Shown: positions 1 through 12,954, counted from the first letter of the whole stretch. The stretch: 63,249 nucleotides of DNA, filler included, from Octopus bimaculoides (GCF_001194135.2; 9 parts of 9 records of this genome joined end to end with filler, not necessarily neighbours in it); one strand, 5' to 3'. The notes: generated by a model not told the origin, from the sequence alone. A program made the numbers and translations.

Positions 1-5
1 ATATA

Positions 6-1590
6 CAGTAGTGGCCAAAACTGGAGAACGTAAATAATTTTAAGATATTTACGTTTCTACCTCAGTTTTCCGAATGGGATTTTTACTGTATCTACTTTAA
101 AGTATTTCATTCTTTACAATAAATTTTGTAGGAAGTGGTTAATAATTAAATAATTTATAGTAGAGAAAATGTTTATTTGGAAAGTACAAGCTGGACAAAA
201 TTAGAGAACGTATTACGTAAAATTCACAAAATGAAATCTGGCAACTCTCCGAGCGATGTAAACTAAGTTGACCTAACAATGTCAAGATTTTTTATTGAAC
301 AGTAGTGAATGAATAACCATGAAAGCCCGACGTAAAATTGTTGAAGGCTTCAGGAAGCGAGTGGTGATATTGAAAAAAAAAAGAAAAAAAGAATTTTTGC
401 TTTCGCCAGAGACATTAACAGATCAAAGAGTGTCTTTTCAAGAATATTGAAGCTTTATGAAGTAAGAAGGTCGTTTGAATCATTAGGAAACCGAGGGAGA
501 CCACGGAAAATAAGTCTTCGGCAAGACCGTGTGATTCAGAAGCTGTCGTTAAGAGACCGTTTCGATACTGCTGTAGGAATTTCTCGCTAAGTAGATCGTG
601 ATTTCGGAATGAATGTGTCTCGGAAAACTGACTCGTCGTTTGAAGGAAGTCGGACTTCATGCCCGTTTCCCTGCCACTAAACCTCTCTCTCATCAGTATG
701 AAGAATCGAAAAGCGAGGTTAGTCTTTGCCAACGGGCACATACTTTGGATGGACGGCAAATGGTCGCTGTTTTCTTCAGTGATGAAAGTAACTTTAATTT
801 GGTTGGCTCCGATGGTAGACAGTACATGAAACGTCGTAAAGGTGAAAGATTGCTCCGTAAATAAGTGAAGAAATTAGTGAAGTTTAGAGGTGTGGGTTTA
901 ATGATGTGGGTATGATTTCTGCAGCAGGTGTTGGCCCTTTGATCCGGATCCATGGTAATGTGAATGCAGCCATATATTAAAACTTTTCTTCAGCCAATCT
1001 TTATGTAGGATAATGCGTCACGTCACAGTACTAAAATAGTTAATGATGTGTTTGAAGCTGAAAAACATTGCTGTGATGCAGCGATGTCTTGGCCAGCTCA
1101 GAGTACTGACCTCAATCCCATTGAAAACTTATAAAAAGTACTTGGCGATAAGATCAGACAACATCGACCTGCGAATGTTACCATGTTGTGTGAAAACCTT
1201 CAGGAAGAATGGAATAAAATTACGTCAGAACACTGTCACATCTTACGATCGGAGATGAACTGAAGTCATTAAAAATAAAGGAGTGTACACATCTTATTAA
1301 TGTATATCAATACATTAGATTGTAAAATTTCTGGCAAAATTTTTGATTTTTTTGAATTTTACGTCATGCGCTCCCTAGTTTTGTCCAACGTGTATTTTTC
1401 AAATAAACATTTTTTCTATCGTAAATTATTTAGTTATTAATCACTTCCTACAAAATTTATTGCAAATAATGAACATATTTTAAGGCATATGCAGTAAAGA
1501 TTCCATTCGGAAAAAATGAAGTATAAATGTAAATATGTTAATTTTTTTCTTTTCGTTCTCAAATTTTGTATATTGTGATAACTACCATAT
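6..1590 (+). mobile_element. Tc1-family DNA transposon, near full length, decayed transposase, ~200-bp TIRs
   Basis: TA|CAGTAGTGGCCAAAA left end; 6-211 is inversely repeated at ~1367-1590. Transposase remnants GRPRKIS, VFFSDESNFNLVGSDG and WPAQSTDLNPIENL lie across frameshifts at ~320-1260. Confidence 0.93.
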
Positions 1591-1629
1591 ATGAACCGTA
1601 AGTTCTTGAGTCACTTATATAGCTTTCTC

Positions 1630-1656
1630 TTAGAGAGAAAGTGTGAGAGTGAGAGT

Positions 1657-1718
<62 letters not shown>
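1630..1718. repeat. (GA)n/(GAGT)n microsatellite
   Basis: Direct reading. Confidence 0.97.
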
Positions 1719-1720
<2 letters not shown>

Positions 1721-2389
1721 AATGTGTGTGCGTGTATTTGTGTATGTACACTATATTTAACTATTTTTTTTTACACTACTTGATCTGTGCCATTGAAATG
1801 ACTGTTCTATTTAATTATGATGGTCTTTTCCGATTTTCTTGTTGCTGATGCTGCTCTTTTGACTGAAATATTCATCAGGCATATCTGTGTGCAAATGTAT
1901 TCTAGCCACACTTTCTCGTCTTTTTATCTAACATTGCCTATCTGAAACTATTTTATCCAATGTTGCTTCTAGAAAACTAGTGGAAGCAAACAACCACCTC
2001 TGTCGCTTCATGTAAGGTTACTGTCATGACTCGAAGTTACAGTAAAAAAAAAAACCAGCTCATGATGAGCGATGCTTAAAAAGACCCTTTTGTTGAAGCC
2101 CTTGTTAACTTCTTCCAGTATTACTTGAAGTGAAAGTTGAAAGGGGAAATATGGTTCCTGACCTCCATTTAACTTCATGAATGGATGACAGTGACAAGTT
2201 TATTTTCAGTAAATAGATCAACTCTAAGGCTTCGTTAATAGTCTGACTGCTGGAAGAACAATAGTTATGTTCGGTATTGTTAATTCCTATACTCACATTT
2301 CGTCGTGTTGATTAAATTAGAAGCAGTAGTTTGGCATTAACCATTTTCAGTAGCCCTCATTAACTTCGCTGGTGAATTTGTGAAACTTT

Positions 2390-2530
2390 TCTAGTTACGG
2401 GCTTCTTTTTCACGCAATAAGCTTCGAGCCAGTCTCCGTCGATGAAACCGCCAATCACAAAGTACTGGGCACCTATGGTCACAGGTCTTGAGAAAACTGC
2501 TGCGCAATGGAATTGAACTAGCGAATTAAC
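2390..2530 (-). mobile_element. Highly degenerate tRNA/CORE-type SINE remnant
   Basis: Reverse complement loosely matches the GTTCAGTCCC...GACGGAAACTG-AAGAAGCCCGT body seen at 29572 and 36130. Confidence 0.4.
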
Positions 2531-4859
2531 TATATGGCTATGTCTATGATTTTGGCTTTTTTTTTCTTTAATTTATAGAACAGTGGATTGTGATGGATTA
2601 GATGTTCGACAGTAAACGAAGTTTGGTTTCTTTTCCAATCATTTATAGTATTTAAATGTTTCAAATTGTTTGTATTTGAGGGAAAATGTTTGAAGGGGAA
2701 AGTAACGAGAAGCAAACCGATAATGTCTCACCAATCACATTTTGGCAAGTTTACCGATTAAGTCTTTACAAGATCCTTTCATAGCCTAAAACTCGTCTGA
2801 ACTAAATCTTCCTGTTTATATGAAATAAATGTGCCACCACCCTTTGCATAAACAACAATGAACTATAACAAATAAAACACAGTTAAATAAGTTTTGAAGG
2901 GAATTACATTTAAAACAAGATGAAATTCTAAATTCTGCTAAGCTGAATAGATTTTCTTCATAAAATGTTTACATCAAATTCAGCTTCGAGTGTTTGTGAT
3001 TTGTTTACATCATTTTCAGGAGCTCAGGGTTGATGATAACTAAAAAATGTAAAAACTCAGAAAATAAGATAAAATAAATAAAAACGATAAGCCCGATATA
3101 ATACCAAATTGAATGACTATTAGCACAGAAAAATAACAACAAAAATATCAAATTATGAAAATGTAAAAGTATTCATATATGTTGTCGTGGTTGCTTATAA
3201 TTTTGTTATATTGTTGAGTAGCCAAAGTCTACTCATGGCTGGAGCTGTCATTGCTGCTCTTGCTTTTCGACATTTATATCCTTGCTGTTGTATTTCTCGA
3301 GGCTTATTTCTAAATGTTGTATATTATTTGTTATATATATATATATCATTCCTGTTCCTCTCAGTGAGGAACGACTGCAATAGTTACGAATAGAATTATT
3401 TGACACTGGCTGGTTTGTTTTCGTGTTGATAATTCCAATATAACAGTTACAGTTCACAGCAAAATAGACAAAGAAATACCCAGACACACAGACAACCAAA
3501 TACTCAAGCAAGCTTAAACACATGCTTACAAGGAAAATTGTGTTAAGATAGACGATCAAAATAATAGTTAAATACATTCTGTCATGTTAAATGCATATTA
3601 CCCAATTTGTATTAATGTGCATTCCTCTACGTGTGAGTGAATGCGCACGCACGTGTTTCCGACTTTTATTGCAAGAGATGTCTGTTGTGAAAATGGTCAG
3701 CATGAAGGGAAAAATGATAACTCGTACGACAAAATGTTAAAAAATTCCTATCCAAAAACGTGTTGTATGAAAATTAGTGTAGGAACTTACATTTCGCTTA
3801 ACGATAGTTTAAGCAATCGAATCTTCGATGTTGTACAATGCAAAATCACAGATCAATATGAAACGCCATTTGAATTTACCAATAATTTTGAATTTATTCC
3901 AGAAAATTCTTCGTACCACAGAAGAACAAAACAACAGAGCAACGAAACAACAAGGGGTTTGGTCTTCTCTATACTAATGCAGTAGATTGTACAGAATTCT
4001 CTACAGACTCTCTGGGTGTCGATGAATGCTACTTTCTATAAGTCTTACTCACCCCGCTATTGTTTCTTCAAAATTCCCGACATTGAAGTTAAAATAAATA
4101 TTGAAGTTCTGTTTTTCTACTCATATTTGTTTGACATGTGTGGTGGTACATAAATAGGAGCATGGCTATATTTCAATAGAAATATGTTTCTTATCACTAT
4201 CTCAATATTTCATCTCTCTCTGAGAATAATTTCTATAACTGTAATCTATCTATCTATCTGTGTGTGTGCGTATGTATTAGCATATATGTATAACATGTAT
4301 ATATACATATATGTATGNNNNNNNNNNNNNNNNNNNNNNNNNNNNNNNNNNNNNNNNNNNNNNNNNNNNNNNNNNNNNNNNNNNNNNNNNNNNNNNNNNN
4401 NNNNNNNNNNNNNNNNNNNNNNNNNNNNNNNNNNNNNNNNNNNNNNNNNNNNNNNNNNNNNNNNNNNNNNNNNNNNNNNNNNNNNNNNNNNNNNNNNNNN
4501 NNNNNNNNNNNNNNNNNNNNNNNNNNNNNNNNNNNNNNNNNNNNNNNNNNNNNNNNNNNNNNNNNNNNNNNNNNNNNNNNNNNNNNNNNNNNNNNNNNNN
4601 NNNNNNNNATATATATATATATATATACATACATATTTATATATGTGTGTGTGTGTGTATCATATACATATATAGTTTATTGTTCCGTTAAGGTAAGATC
4701 AACAAAAAAGTATTCCATCCACTGAGATATAAATATCAATGGTGCACTAATATGTAGAGCATTATCACTCATATGCATCGCCAAGAGACCTCTCAGTTGT
4801 AACTGGCGTGATCCTAAAGCCGACAACATGACCAAGCGTCTTTGATAAACTTCGTAATC

Positions 4860-5155
4860 TATGATGCAAAAGTCAAAGCAATGCTTCAACATAACATAAC
4901 TGAAAAGAAAAATTACATCGTTTCATGTGAAGGCGATTTCAAAAGACGTTATGCAAACAAGCAATCTTCTTTCCGACACATCTTCAAAAGCTAAAAAGTT
5001 GGCTAGTGATATATGGGGTTTGAAGATCAACCGCACATCACATACAATGAAGTGGAGAATTATAGAGAAATTCATGGCATATGTAAATGCGACTCAGAAC
5101 TGTAAATTATGTGTAACTTTTGCTAACCATTGTCTTACGTATTGCCATCCGCTGT
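4860..5155 (+). mobile_element. Penelope-like element, GIY-YIG endonuclease C-terminal fragment
   Basis: Translates NYIVSCEGDFKRRYANKQSSFRH...IWGLKINRTSHTMKWRIIEKFMAYVNATQNCKLC, the typical PLE endonuclease end; followed by (TATG)n. Confidence 0.75.
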
Positions 5156-5159
5156 CAAA

Positions 5160-5160
<1 letters not shown>

Positions 5161-5190
<30 letters not shown>

Positions 5191-5216
5191 TGTATGTATG
5201 TATGTATGTATGTATG
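5161..5216. repeat. (TATG)n microsatellite
   Basis: Direct reading. Confidence 0.97.
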
Positions 5217-5356
5217 AACGCTGTCAAGGCGCCTAGCCTGGGGATGTTGAACTCACGCTTCTACGATCATGGGTTCTATTTATTTCACCTTGTTCCCTTT
5301 ACTCAGTAGGAAATGAATACCAGCTACCTGGTGGTCCAGCTCTCTTTCTCTCTTTC

Positions 5357-5390
<34 letters not shown>

Positions 5391-7724
5391 ACCCACTCTC
5401 TCTTCAGCTGATCACATACTCGAAAATGTTGGTCTTCTGACAAAAACAAAGAAAAAGAAATTTAAATACCTGCAAAACACCAGTATATCGGGAAAGGCTT
5501 TATCATGGGTTAACAATCTGTGCTTCAGAAATTATTCTACAAAGTTCATGGAAAACACTTGCAGGAGCTAGCTAACGACCGAGAAAAGTTCAGCAGCAAA
5601 TACAACCTCAGTTCTTCAAGTCATACGCTGTAGAACATTCTACTGGGAACTAATGTAGGTGGAACTGACTATTGACGAAAGCTTTCCAGCCTATTTATTC
5701 AATGACTGTAGAATGTATTTTACTTCCTATTTATAAAAAAAAAAAGAAACAAAATTCTGGTTTAGATATCAATACTTTATCTTACATCACATTTATTTCC
5801 TAGTTAGCTTCTTTCTTTTCCCACTCATAGATCTAACCTTGAAAACATTCTCAACACACGTGTTTTCCATGAATTAAACAAATATCCGTCACATTGGAAA
5901 TGGTATATGTTGTAGTTCAATGATATTTCTTACACCGCTTCCACTCTGTAGCGTCTTTAAGAGCATTTCTCACTATTTAGAGTGCAGTCAGTCATGTAAA
6001 CATTAATAGACAGAAGGGAAAACCTTTGAGAAAGGCCATTCTATGAGTACTTGTATAAATTACATCAAATATTACCACAGAAGATACTCAGAAGTAAAAA
6101 CTATTGACCATGTAACAGGTCCACCACAAACTAAATTAATTTAACATATGCTGCATTTATTTTAATGTAAATATGGTGACGTTTTCACTGTGCAATATTT
6201 AATACATACACATTACTGACCAGCAATAAATATGTAGATGGTTGTTCAACATATATACATACAAGAAATTCATCACATTTCGCCTTTCATACATTTAGAT
6301 AAGTAGACTAACGGTATAAACTTACACAAAAGAACCCCATCCATAAACAAACATCTTCATTCATACATCAATGAGTTGGTACGTTCCTTGTGTTTAATAA
6401 ATGGAACACATGTTCGGCAAAAATCAACGTTCATCATACTATGTATGGAAGTGGGGTTGATTTGGTTGAAATTAAAACGAGTTTAATTAAAAATTTAATC
6501 TACTTTTTTTCAGTCATTTGACTGCAGCCCTGCTGGAGTACCAACTTAAAATTTGTTCATGAAATTAGTATTAATCATATGTTAGTAGGATTTATTGACT
6601 ACAGCATTGGTCCCGAAACTTATTTTGCAGCGGAATCCTAATATGATTTTTCCAAACCTTGCTACTCCAAATCTTATGAAAATTTTAAATGAAATAAAAA
6701 TTTGCTTTAGATCAGAGAATTGTTTATGTTAAGAAACAATATTGAAGAAAATGAATACCACTTTTTATTATTAAATTTTATAACAAGAAACCTTAAGTTC
6801 CCGAAACTTAGAATATTCTCATGAAAGCCTAGATTCTTTGAAACCCACTTTGAGAAATATTGGATTATACCAATCTCTCCTACAAAATTCAGCCTTATAT
6901 CAAATAAAAAAAAATTAGTATCAAAATTATTCTGAACCTGAATGAAAGCAATAGGAAGCAACTTAATATAGTTCACTTTCAGGGAAATCTGTTCTTCACC
7001 AGTGACATCATTAACAACTACTGCTTCAAATAGATTCCTGGCTGCTACAATGTAAACTCAGTCCCCTAATATCTGAGACGCGACAGAAGTTTTAAAAGAA
7101 AACGTAATGAGTGTTGTTTGTTTCTCAAATTTGAAGATGATGATAAAGTTCTATACTTTTTTTATGAATACAGTTTTATAAGGGGACTTTTAATATATGT
7201 CACCGGCATCATTGAGGTAATTTTCAATGAGGTAAAATCTTAAATTATTAATTGACACATTATTAATTAGCATAATAGCATAGCCTGGAAAAAATATTGA
7301 TTACATGGAAAAATGCGAGCTAGAGAAATAATATTCTTAAGATTATAAACCTGGAAAAGTATAGGACAAGTTATTACACTTGGAAAAGTTCAGGACAACT
7401 TAGTACATCTGGTAAAGTACAGAACAAGAAAATTTTTACTTAAAATATTGCAGCTAAGGATAAAATTTGAATATTAAAAATTATTTTATTTTATTTTACA
7501 AAGTAACATTATAATTAAAAAAGGTACCATCATTTTGTTAAAATATTGATACACTAGAATACTTAAAAAGTGAAAGCCAGAAGTACCAATATAGCAAAGT
7601 TTTATGCAAAGCAGAATAGTATATATGGTAGACAAATTCATTATGTAAAAAATAGGCAGTGGATCAAGACTAAAGAAGTGAAGACTTGGCAATAACAAGT
7701 TTTTATAGAACTAATTCTAAATAT

Positions 7725-7801
7725 CGAATGGTTATAGCGGTCCACCAGAATAAAATAGTAATCAAAGCGTCCATAGATAAAAAAAAATTTTGAGAACCAT
7801 T
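7725..7801 (+). mobile_element. Right-end fragment of hAT-type MITE (same family as 19255-19509)
   Basis: GTCCATAGATAAAAAAAAATTTTGAGAACCA resembles GTCCATAGGTAAAAAATGGTTGAGAAACACTG at 19478-19509. Confidence 0.6.
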
Positions 7802-8667
7802 CTAGAGTGTAGAGGCAGAGGTAATTTTAATAAATCAAGAATTCATACCGTATGGCGTTTGATATACCTACGTTTGTCCATGCCTATATAGGATATTTAT
7901 TTGAGGTATTTGACTTTAAGAATGAAGTGTCTAGCAACAATCTAACAAACAGATGTGCTGTTAGTGTAGCATTATTAAATAACGATAATCATGGAGAGGA
8001 AAAATGCAACATCCTCAAGAAGAGGAAGAGGAGAGGGAGGAGGAGGAGCTGTAGTAAATAGCCACATCATCAGCTTTTAAAAACATCGTCAACAAAAACA
8101 GAATAAGGGGACAAAATAAAATATAGCAAATTTGCAGAAATAATCTTCATAGGAATATGCTTCGTCTCAAAAATTTAATTTTTTTATTATTTGGCTGCCA
8201 TTTTTTGTTACGTATTTTTTAAACAATTTTCTGGCATACACAGTTAAGATTTAGGACTTAATGCTATAAAAAATATAAGGATTTAGGATTATTTGTCTCT
8301 CTAACTGTTAGTTCGCTTGGTTTGCATGTTCACTTTTATTAATGTTTACCTGTTTGACTGTTTCTCTGTCTATGTGTCTGCCTGTGTATCACTGTCACTT
8401 TTCATTTCAATTTGAATACTTATTTCTCACTCTAATAATGAATGAAGGTGAATTCGTTATGACGTGAGATAAACAGATTCACAATTTAATAATACAGGTT
8501 ATTAAATAACATCATTTATTATGATTGTCAAATCTTGTCGACGCCAACAACAACATCATTATCCTCCTTCTCCTCGTCGTCGTCGCCGTTTAACAATGCA
8601 GTAAACATCCTTAACAAGCGACAACTACAAAAATAACATCACGCCAAGTGCTTACAAAAGAGATAAA

Positions 8668-8694
8668 TGCAGCAGCAGCAGCAGCAGCAGTAGC

Positions 8695-8733
<39 letters not shown>

Positions 8734-8830
8734 TGTAGTTGTAGTAGTAGTAAATGGTGAAAATGAAGTGGACGAAGTAGAAGAAGAAGAAGAAGAAGAA
8801 GAAGAAGAAGAAGAAGAAGAAGAAGAAGAA
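8668..8830. repeat. Compound (CAG)n(TAG)n and (GAA)n trinucleotide repeats
   Basis: Direct reading; source of spurious homopolymer ORFs. Confidence 0.96.
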
Positions 8831-8959
8831 GCAAAATTTTGACCTGACTTGACCTGAAAGAAGAGAAGAAAAGTCGATTCTGGCGAGATAAGAACTATTT
8901 ACGACAACAACTACCGGCGACAACGGCATGAACGACGACAATAATTTCAATTTTTGGCC

Positions 8960-9489
8960 CAAGGTCAGCAGTTTTAGGATGAGGGGAATAGTCGATTACA
9001 TTGATCTTAGTGTACGACTGGTAATTATTTTATCGCTCCATCCCACTCCAGGAAATGACAAAAGGATGAAAATCAAAGTCGACATCGGCAGAAATTGAAC
9101 TCAGAACGTAAACAGTTGGAAAAAAAATCCTGCTAAACATTTTGTCCGACGCGCTAACGATTCTATCAGATCATTACCTACCTTAATATTAATCCTTTCT
9201 ACTATAGACACAAGGCAAGAAATTTTGGGGGAGTCGAATACATCGACCGCATTACTTCACTGGTACTTATTTTATCGGCTGGACAGCGGTAGCATTGATG
9301 AATACCATTAAGCATTTTGCATTGTGCCTTGATGATGATGATGATGATTATTTAAAATTTTGGCACAAGACCAGCAATTTAGGGGGAAGGGGTAAGTTGA
9401 TTACATTAATGGTACTTATTTTATCGACCCCAAGAGGATGAAAGGCAAAGTTGACCTCAGAGGAATTTGAACTCAAAACAAAGAAGGAC
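8960..9489 (-). mobile_element. Cluster of 2-3 tRNA-derived Nin-domain SINE copies or fragments
   Basis: Repeated reverse-complement motif CTGGTACTTATTTTATCGACCCC-AAAGGATGAAAGGCAAAGTCGAC...AATTTGAACTCAGAAC. Confidence 0.85.
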
Positions 9490-9589
9490 NNNNNNNNNNN
9501 NNNNNNNNNNNNNNNNNNNNNNNNNNNNNNNNNTTAATTAATTAANNNNNNNNNNNNNNNNNNNNNNNNNNNNNNNNNNNNNNNNNNNN
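9490..9589. other. Artificial scaffold-join spacer (44N-TTAATTAATTAA-44N). Same spacer at 13986-14085, 42152-42251, 45922-46021, 51371-51470, 55101-55200, 59118-59217, 62014-62113
   Basis: Identical 100-bp structure eight times; the 12-mer gives stops in all six frames. Confidence 0.97.
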
Positions 9590-10870
9590 GGTCATGAGTT
9601 GAGACTGAGTCTCAAAGTCATTGTTGCCACTACAGAACCTGCATAGACGGAGGAATTGGGAATAGGGAATTGGGAATAGGGAATGGAAAGCTTGGTGTGT
9701 TTAGGGTGGGAGGAGGAGAAGTTGAAGTATGAGTGTGAGTCTTTGTGTTTGTAGTGGATGGAGGTGGTGAGAGTGGAGTGATGAATGCTGACTGAAATGT
9801 CAAGAAAGGAGACAGAGGTGTCAGAGATAGTGCAGGAGAAGTGGAAGGCAAGATGGAAAGATTTTACAAAAGAGAGGAATGAGTCTAGATGTTCACGGGA
9901 GAGTGAGACCGCACCAATACAGTTGTCAAGCCGTATAGTTCGGGAGTGGGACCAGTGAAACTTGAGAATATTTGGGCCTCAACGTAGCCAACAAACAGGT
10001 TCGCATAGTTGGGGCCCATTCTCGTTCCCATGGCCACTCCGAGACTCACTGGTAGAAATCACCAGCGAACGAGAAACAGTTGAGTGAGAGGACAAGTTCG
10101 GCCAGATGAACAAGTGTGGAACTGTCGGGTGGGGGGTTGGGTCGAAGGTCAAGGAAATGTTTGAGAGCATGCAGCCTCTCGTGATGAGGGATCAACGTGT
10201 AAAGGCTCTGGATGTTGTGAGTGAAGAAAAATTTAGAGGGGCCAGGAGGGAAGGAGAACNNNNNNNNNNNNNNNNNNNNNNNNNNNNNNNNNNNNNNNNN
10301 NNNNNNNNNNNNNNNNNNNNNNNNNNNNNNNNNNNNNNNNNNNNNNNNNNNNNNNNNNNNNNNNNNNNNNNNNNNNNNNNNNNNNNNNNNNNNNNNNNNN
10401 NNNNNNNNNNNNNNNNNNNNNNNNNNNNNNNNNNNNNNNNNNNNNNNNNNNNNNNNNNNNNNNNNNNNNNNNNNNNNNNNNNNNNNNNNNNNNNNNNNNN
10501 NNNNNNNNNNNNNNNNNNNNNNNNNNNNNNNNNNNNNNNNNNNNNNNNNNNNNNNNNNNNNNNNNNNNNNNNNNNNNNNNNNNNNNNNNNNNNNNNNNNN
10601 NNNNNNNNNNNNNNNNNNNNNNNNNNNNNNNNNNNNNNNNNNNNNNNNNNNNNNNNNNNNNNNNNNNNNNNNNNNNNNNNNNNNNNNNNNNNNNNNNNNN
10701 NNNNNNNNNNNNNNNNGTCCGCACACTACATCACCATGGCTCCACCCTTGTCGGCTGGTTTTATAATGATGTCAGTGCGGCGTCAGAGACATCGAAGGGC
10801 CGAGAGTTCAGCTGGGGAGATGTTTAGACGATGGGGATGCCTGGAAAAGTTAAACCGAATGGCGATGTAA
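9590..10870 (-). mobile_element. Penelope-like retroelement reverse transcriptase fragment (spans an N gap)
   Basis: Minus-strand translation: IIIKPADKGGAMV (10720-10800); SLYTLIPHHERLHALKHFLDLRPNP, LAELVLSLNCFSF, GVAMGTRMGPNYANLFVGYVE, FLDISVSI, SSSHPKHTKLSIPYSQF. Confidence 0.93.
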
Positions 10871-11299
10871 TTAGTAACTAGCACATTTTGTTTCTTAGTT
10901 TCTGTTTGTTTTAATATTTAAATTCTTTATTTGACTGTTATTTTCAGCCACAACATTCTTATTCATTTCTGTTTATGAAATTCTCTGTATGTACTTTTGC
11001 TTTCTCAGCAAATCAATAACTTTGTACTGTAGCCATTTTTCTTCCTATATGATTTAAAGCATTTTTTGAATGTGGCATTTCAACATTAGATACGAGTTCC
11101 GAACATGCTATTTAAGTTCGCTGAAACTTAGCTCCTGCCACTCAAAACAACAACTCAAATGGGATAAAGAGTACACGCATCACAACAACAACAGCAAGTC
11201 TGTGTTTGTGTGTGTCTAGACTTACAATATATCCTATTCTTAAGAAAATTTTACACAATCATTCAATAAAACTCAAATGGGATAAAGAGTACATGCTTT

Positions 11300-11612
11300 A
11301 TCCGCCTAAACAGTGCAATGGGATCTGCTTGGTAGTCAAGTCCCTGACGGCCCACTTTACTTTCATTTCAAGGATGCACCTTTATCCCTCAGAGTCAGAC
11401 ATGCCGTTTAACATCCACAGATCGCCATGTCCATCAACAAATCCCAAGGCCAAACATTATCAGAGGTGGTCATCCATTTAGGGGAGCCGTGCTTTTCACA
11501 GGGGCAACTTTATATGGCCTGCTCCCGTATGGGGAGTAGAAACGCTCTTTTTGTGTATTCTCCACAGGGCAGAACACACAATGTTGTCTATAGTGAAGTT
11601 TTATTGACGTAG
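11300..11612 (+). pseudogene. Helitron RepHel PIF1-like helicase C-terminal fragment
   Basis: PPKQCNGICLVVKSL and MSINKSQGQTL...CFSQGQLYMACSRMG...RTHNVVYSEVL motifs. Confidence 0.92.
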
Positions 11613-11884
11613 AAAGAAGAACAAGTCATCATTGCAGCCAATGTGGTTATAGACAGGTGATCCGGAAGCATTGGCCGGACATATTCTCATACCATGGCCA
11701 GCATGACTCATGGACTCTTCCTCTTCTTTATTGGACAATGCTGACTTCTCCAACAACAATACTCACTCGGCCGATATCAGTGCTTGGCCAAGTTGCTCAT
11801 AGAGTTAGGCTAGAAGGGCCAAGCCCCTTATTTTTTTGTTAAGGCTGTTGGTAAGTTTTCCTAAGTTACTCTAATCCAGATCCC

Positions 11885-12090
11885 CAATGCAAACTTTCGA
11901 ATCAACCTTCTCCAATGCAAATTTCTAATGCAACCTTATCCAATCCAAATCTTTGAGTCAACCTTCTTCACTGCAGATCTCCAATGCAAACCTTCGATGC
12001 ATCCTTATCCAATGCAAACCATTGATGCAACCTTCTCCAATGCAGATCTTCAATGCAGTCTTCTCTAATGCATATCTTCGATGCATCTTT
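11885..12090. repeat. Degenerate ~14/28-bp minisatellite (CCAATGCAAACCTTCGATGCAACCTTCT)
   Basis: About 7 imperfect copies inside the Helitron 3' region. Confidence 0.85.
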
Positions 12091-12954
12091 GACTGATAGT
12101 ACCCCTAGGAGGGGTTAAGACTAGATGGGGATTAGTTGCTGTCTTTTAGAGGCTCCCAGGCCCCTTTTTGCTAGGTTAGCTTAGGCTTAGGTTAAGGCTT
12201 AGTTGTGATCCAAACATAACCTCTTCTGACACAGAGGATCAGGAGTTCTTTTGGGCATTCTATTTTCCTTGCAAGAAGAGCTCCCAACCCATGATCCGGG
12301 TGGGGGGAGGGTTAGATGAGGGGGTGGGGTTCAAAACGGCCAGCAATGGGCAACCTGATCACCGCTGCCGGTCAAACTCCCAACCCATGCATTCCCGCTG
12401 TGACACTGATTCTGCAGAACTGGGTTGAGTATGAAAACCAACTTTAAATTATAAATGTAGATTTTTTTNNNNNNNNNNNNNNNNNNNNNNNNNNNNNNNN
12501 NNNNNNNNNNNNNNNNNNNNNNNNNNNNNNNNNNNNNNNNNNNNNNNNNNNNNNNNNNNNNNNNNNNNNNNNNNNNNNNNNNNNNNNNNNNNNNNNNNNN
12601 NNNNNNNNNNNNNNNNNNNNNNNNNNNNNNNNNNNNNNNNNNNNNNNNNNNNNNNNNNNNNNNNNNNNNNNNNNNNNNNNNNNNNNNNNNNNNNNNNNNN
12701 NNNNNNNNNNNNNNNNNNNNNNNNNNNNNNNNNNNNNNNNNNNNNNNNNNNNNNNNNNNNNNNNNNNNNNNNNNNNNNNNNNNNNNNNNNNNNNNNNNNN
12801 NNNNNNNNNNNNNNNNNNNNNNNNNNNNNNNNNNNNNNNNNNNNNNNNNNNNNNNNNNNNNNNNNNNNNNNNNNNNNNNNNNNNNNNNNNNNNNNNNNNN
12901 NNNNNNNNNNNNNNNNNNNNNNNNNNNNNNNNNNNNNNNNNNNTATATATATGT

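Noticed and set aside
6076-6131. Possible minus-strand micro-exon CGGPVTWSIVFTSEYLL with AG/GT ends
   Set aside because: Weak pyrimidine tract and no homology recognised; expected by chance.
6970-7072. In-frame TGA in ILGD*VYIVAARNLFEAVV as possible selenocysteine or cyclase-like exon
   Set aside because: No SECIS seen, no recognisable selenoprotein or cyclase context, and no good donor.
7349-7428. CRISPR-like reading of the 29-bp repeats
   Set aside because: No spacers, no cas genes, and eukaryotic context.
8639-8962. Poly-A/V/E/L/F ORFs; likewise 19686-20227, 27526-28037, 50959-51252, 51679-52168, 58877-59173
   Set aside because: Translations of tri-, tetra- and dinucleotide microsatellites with no domain content.
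9653-9686. GGGAATAGGGAATT tandem as a telomere-like or G4 signal
   Set aside because: A simple 14-bp duplication within the Penelope RT coding sequence (SIPYSQF).
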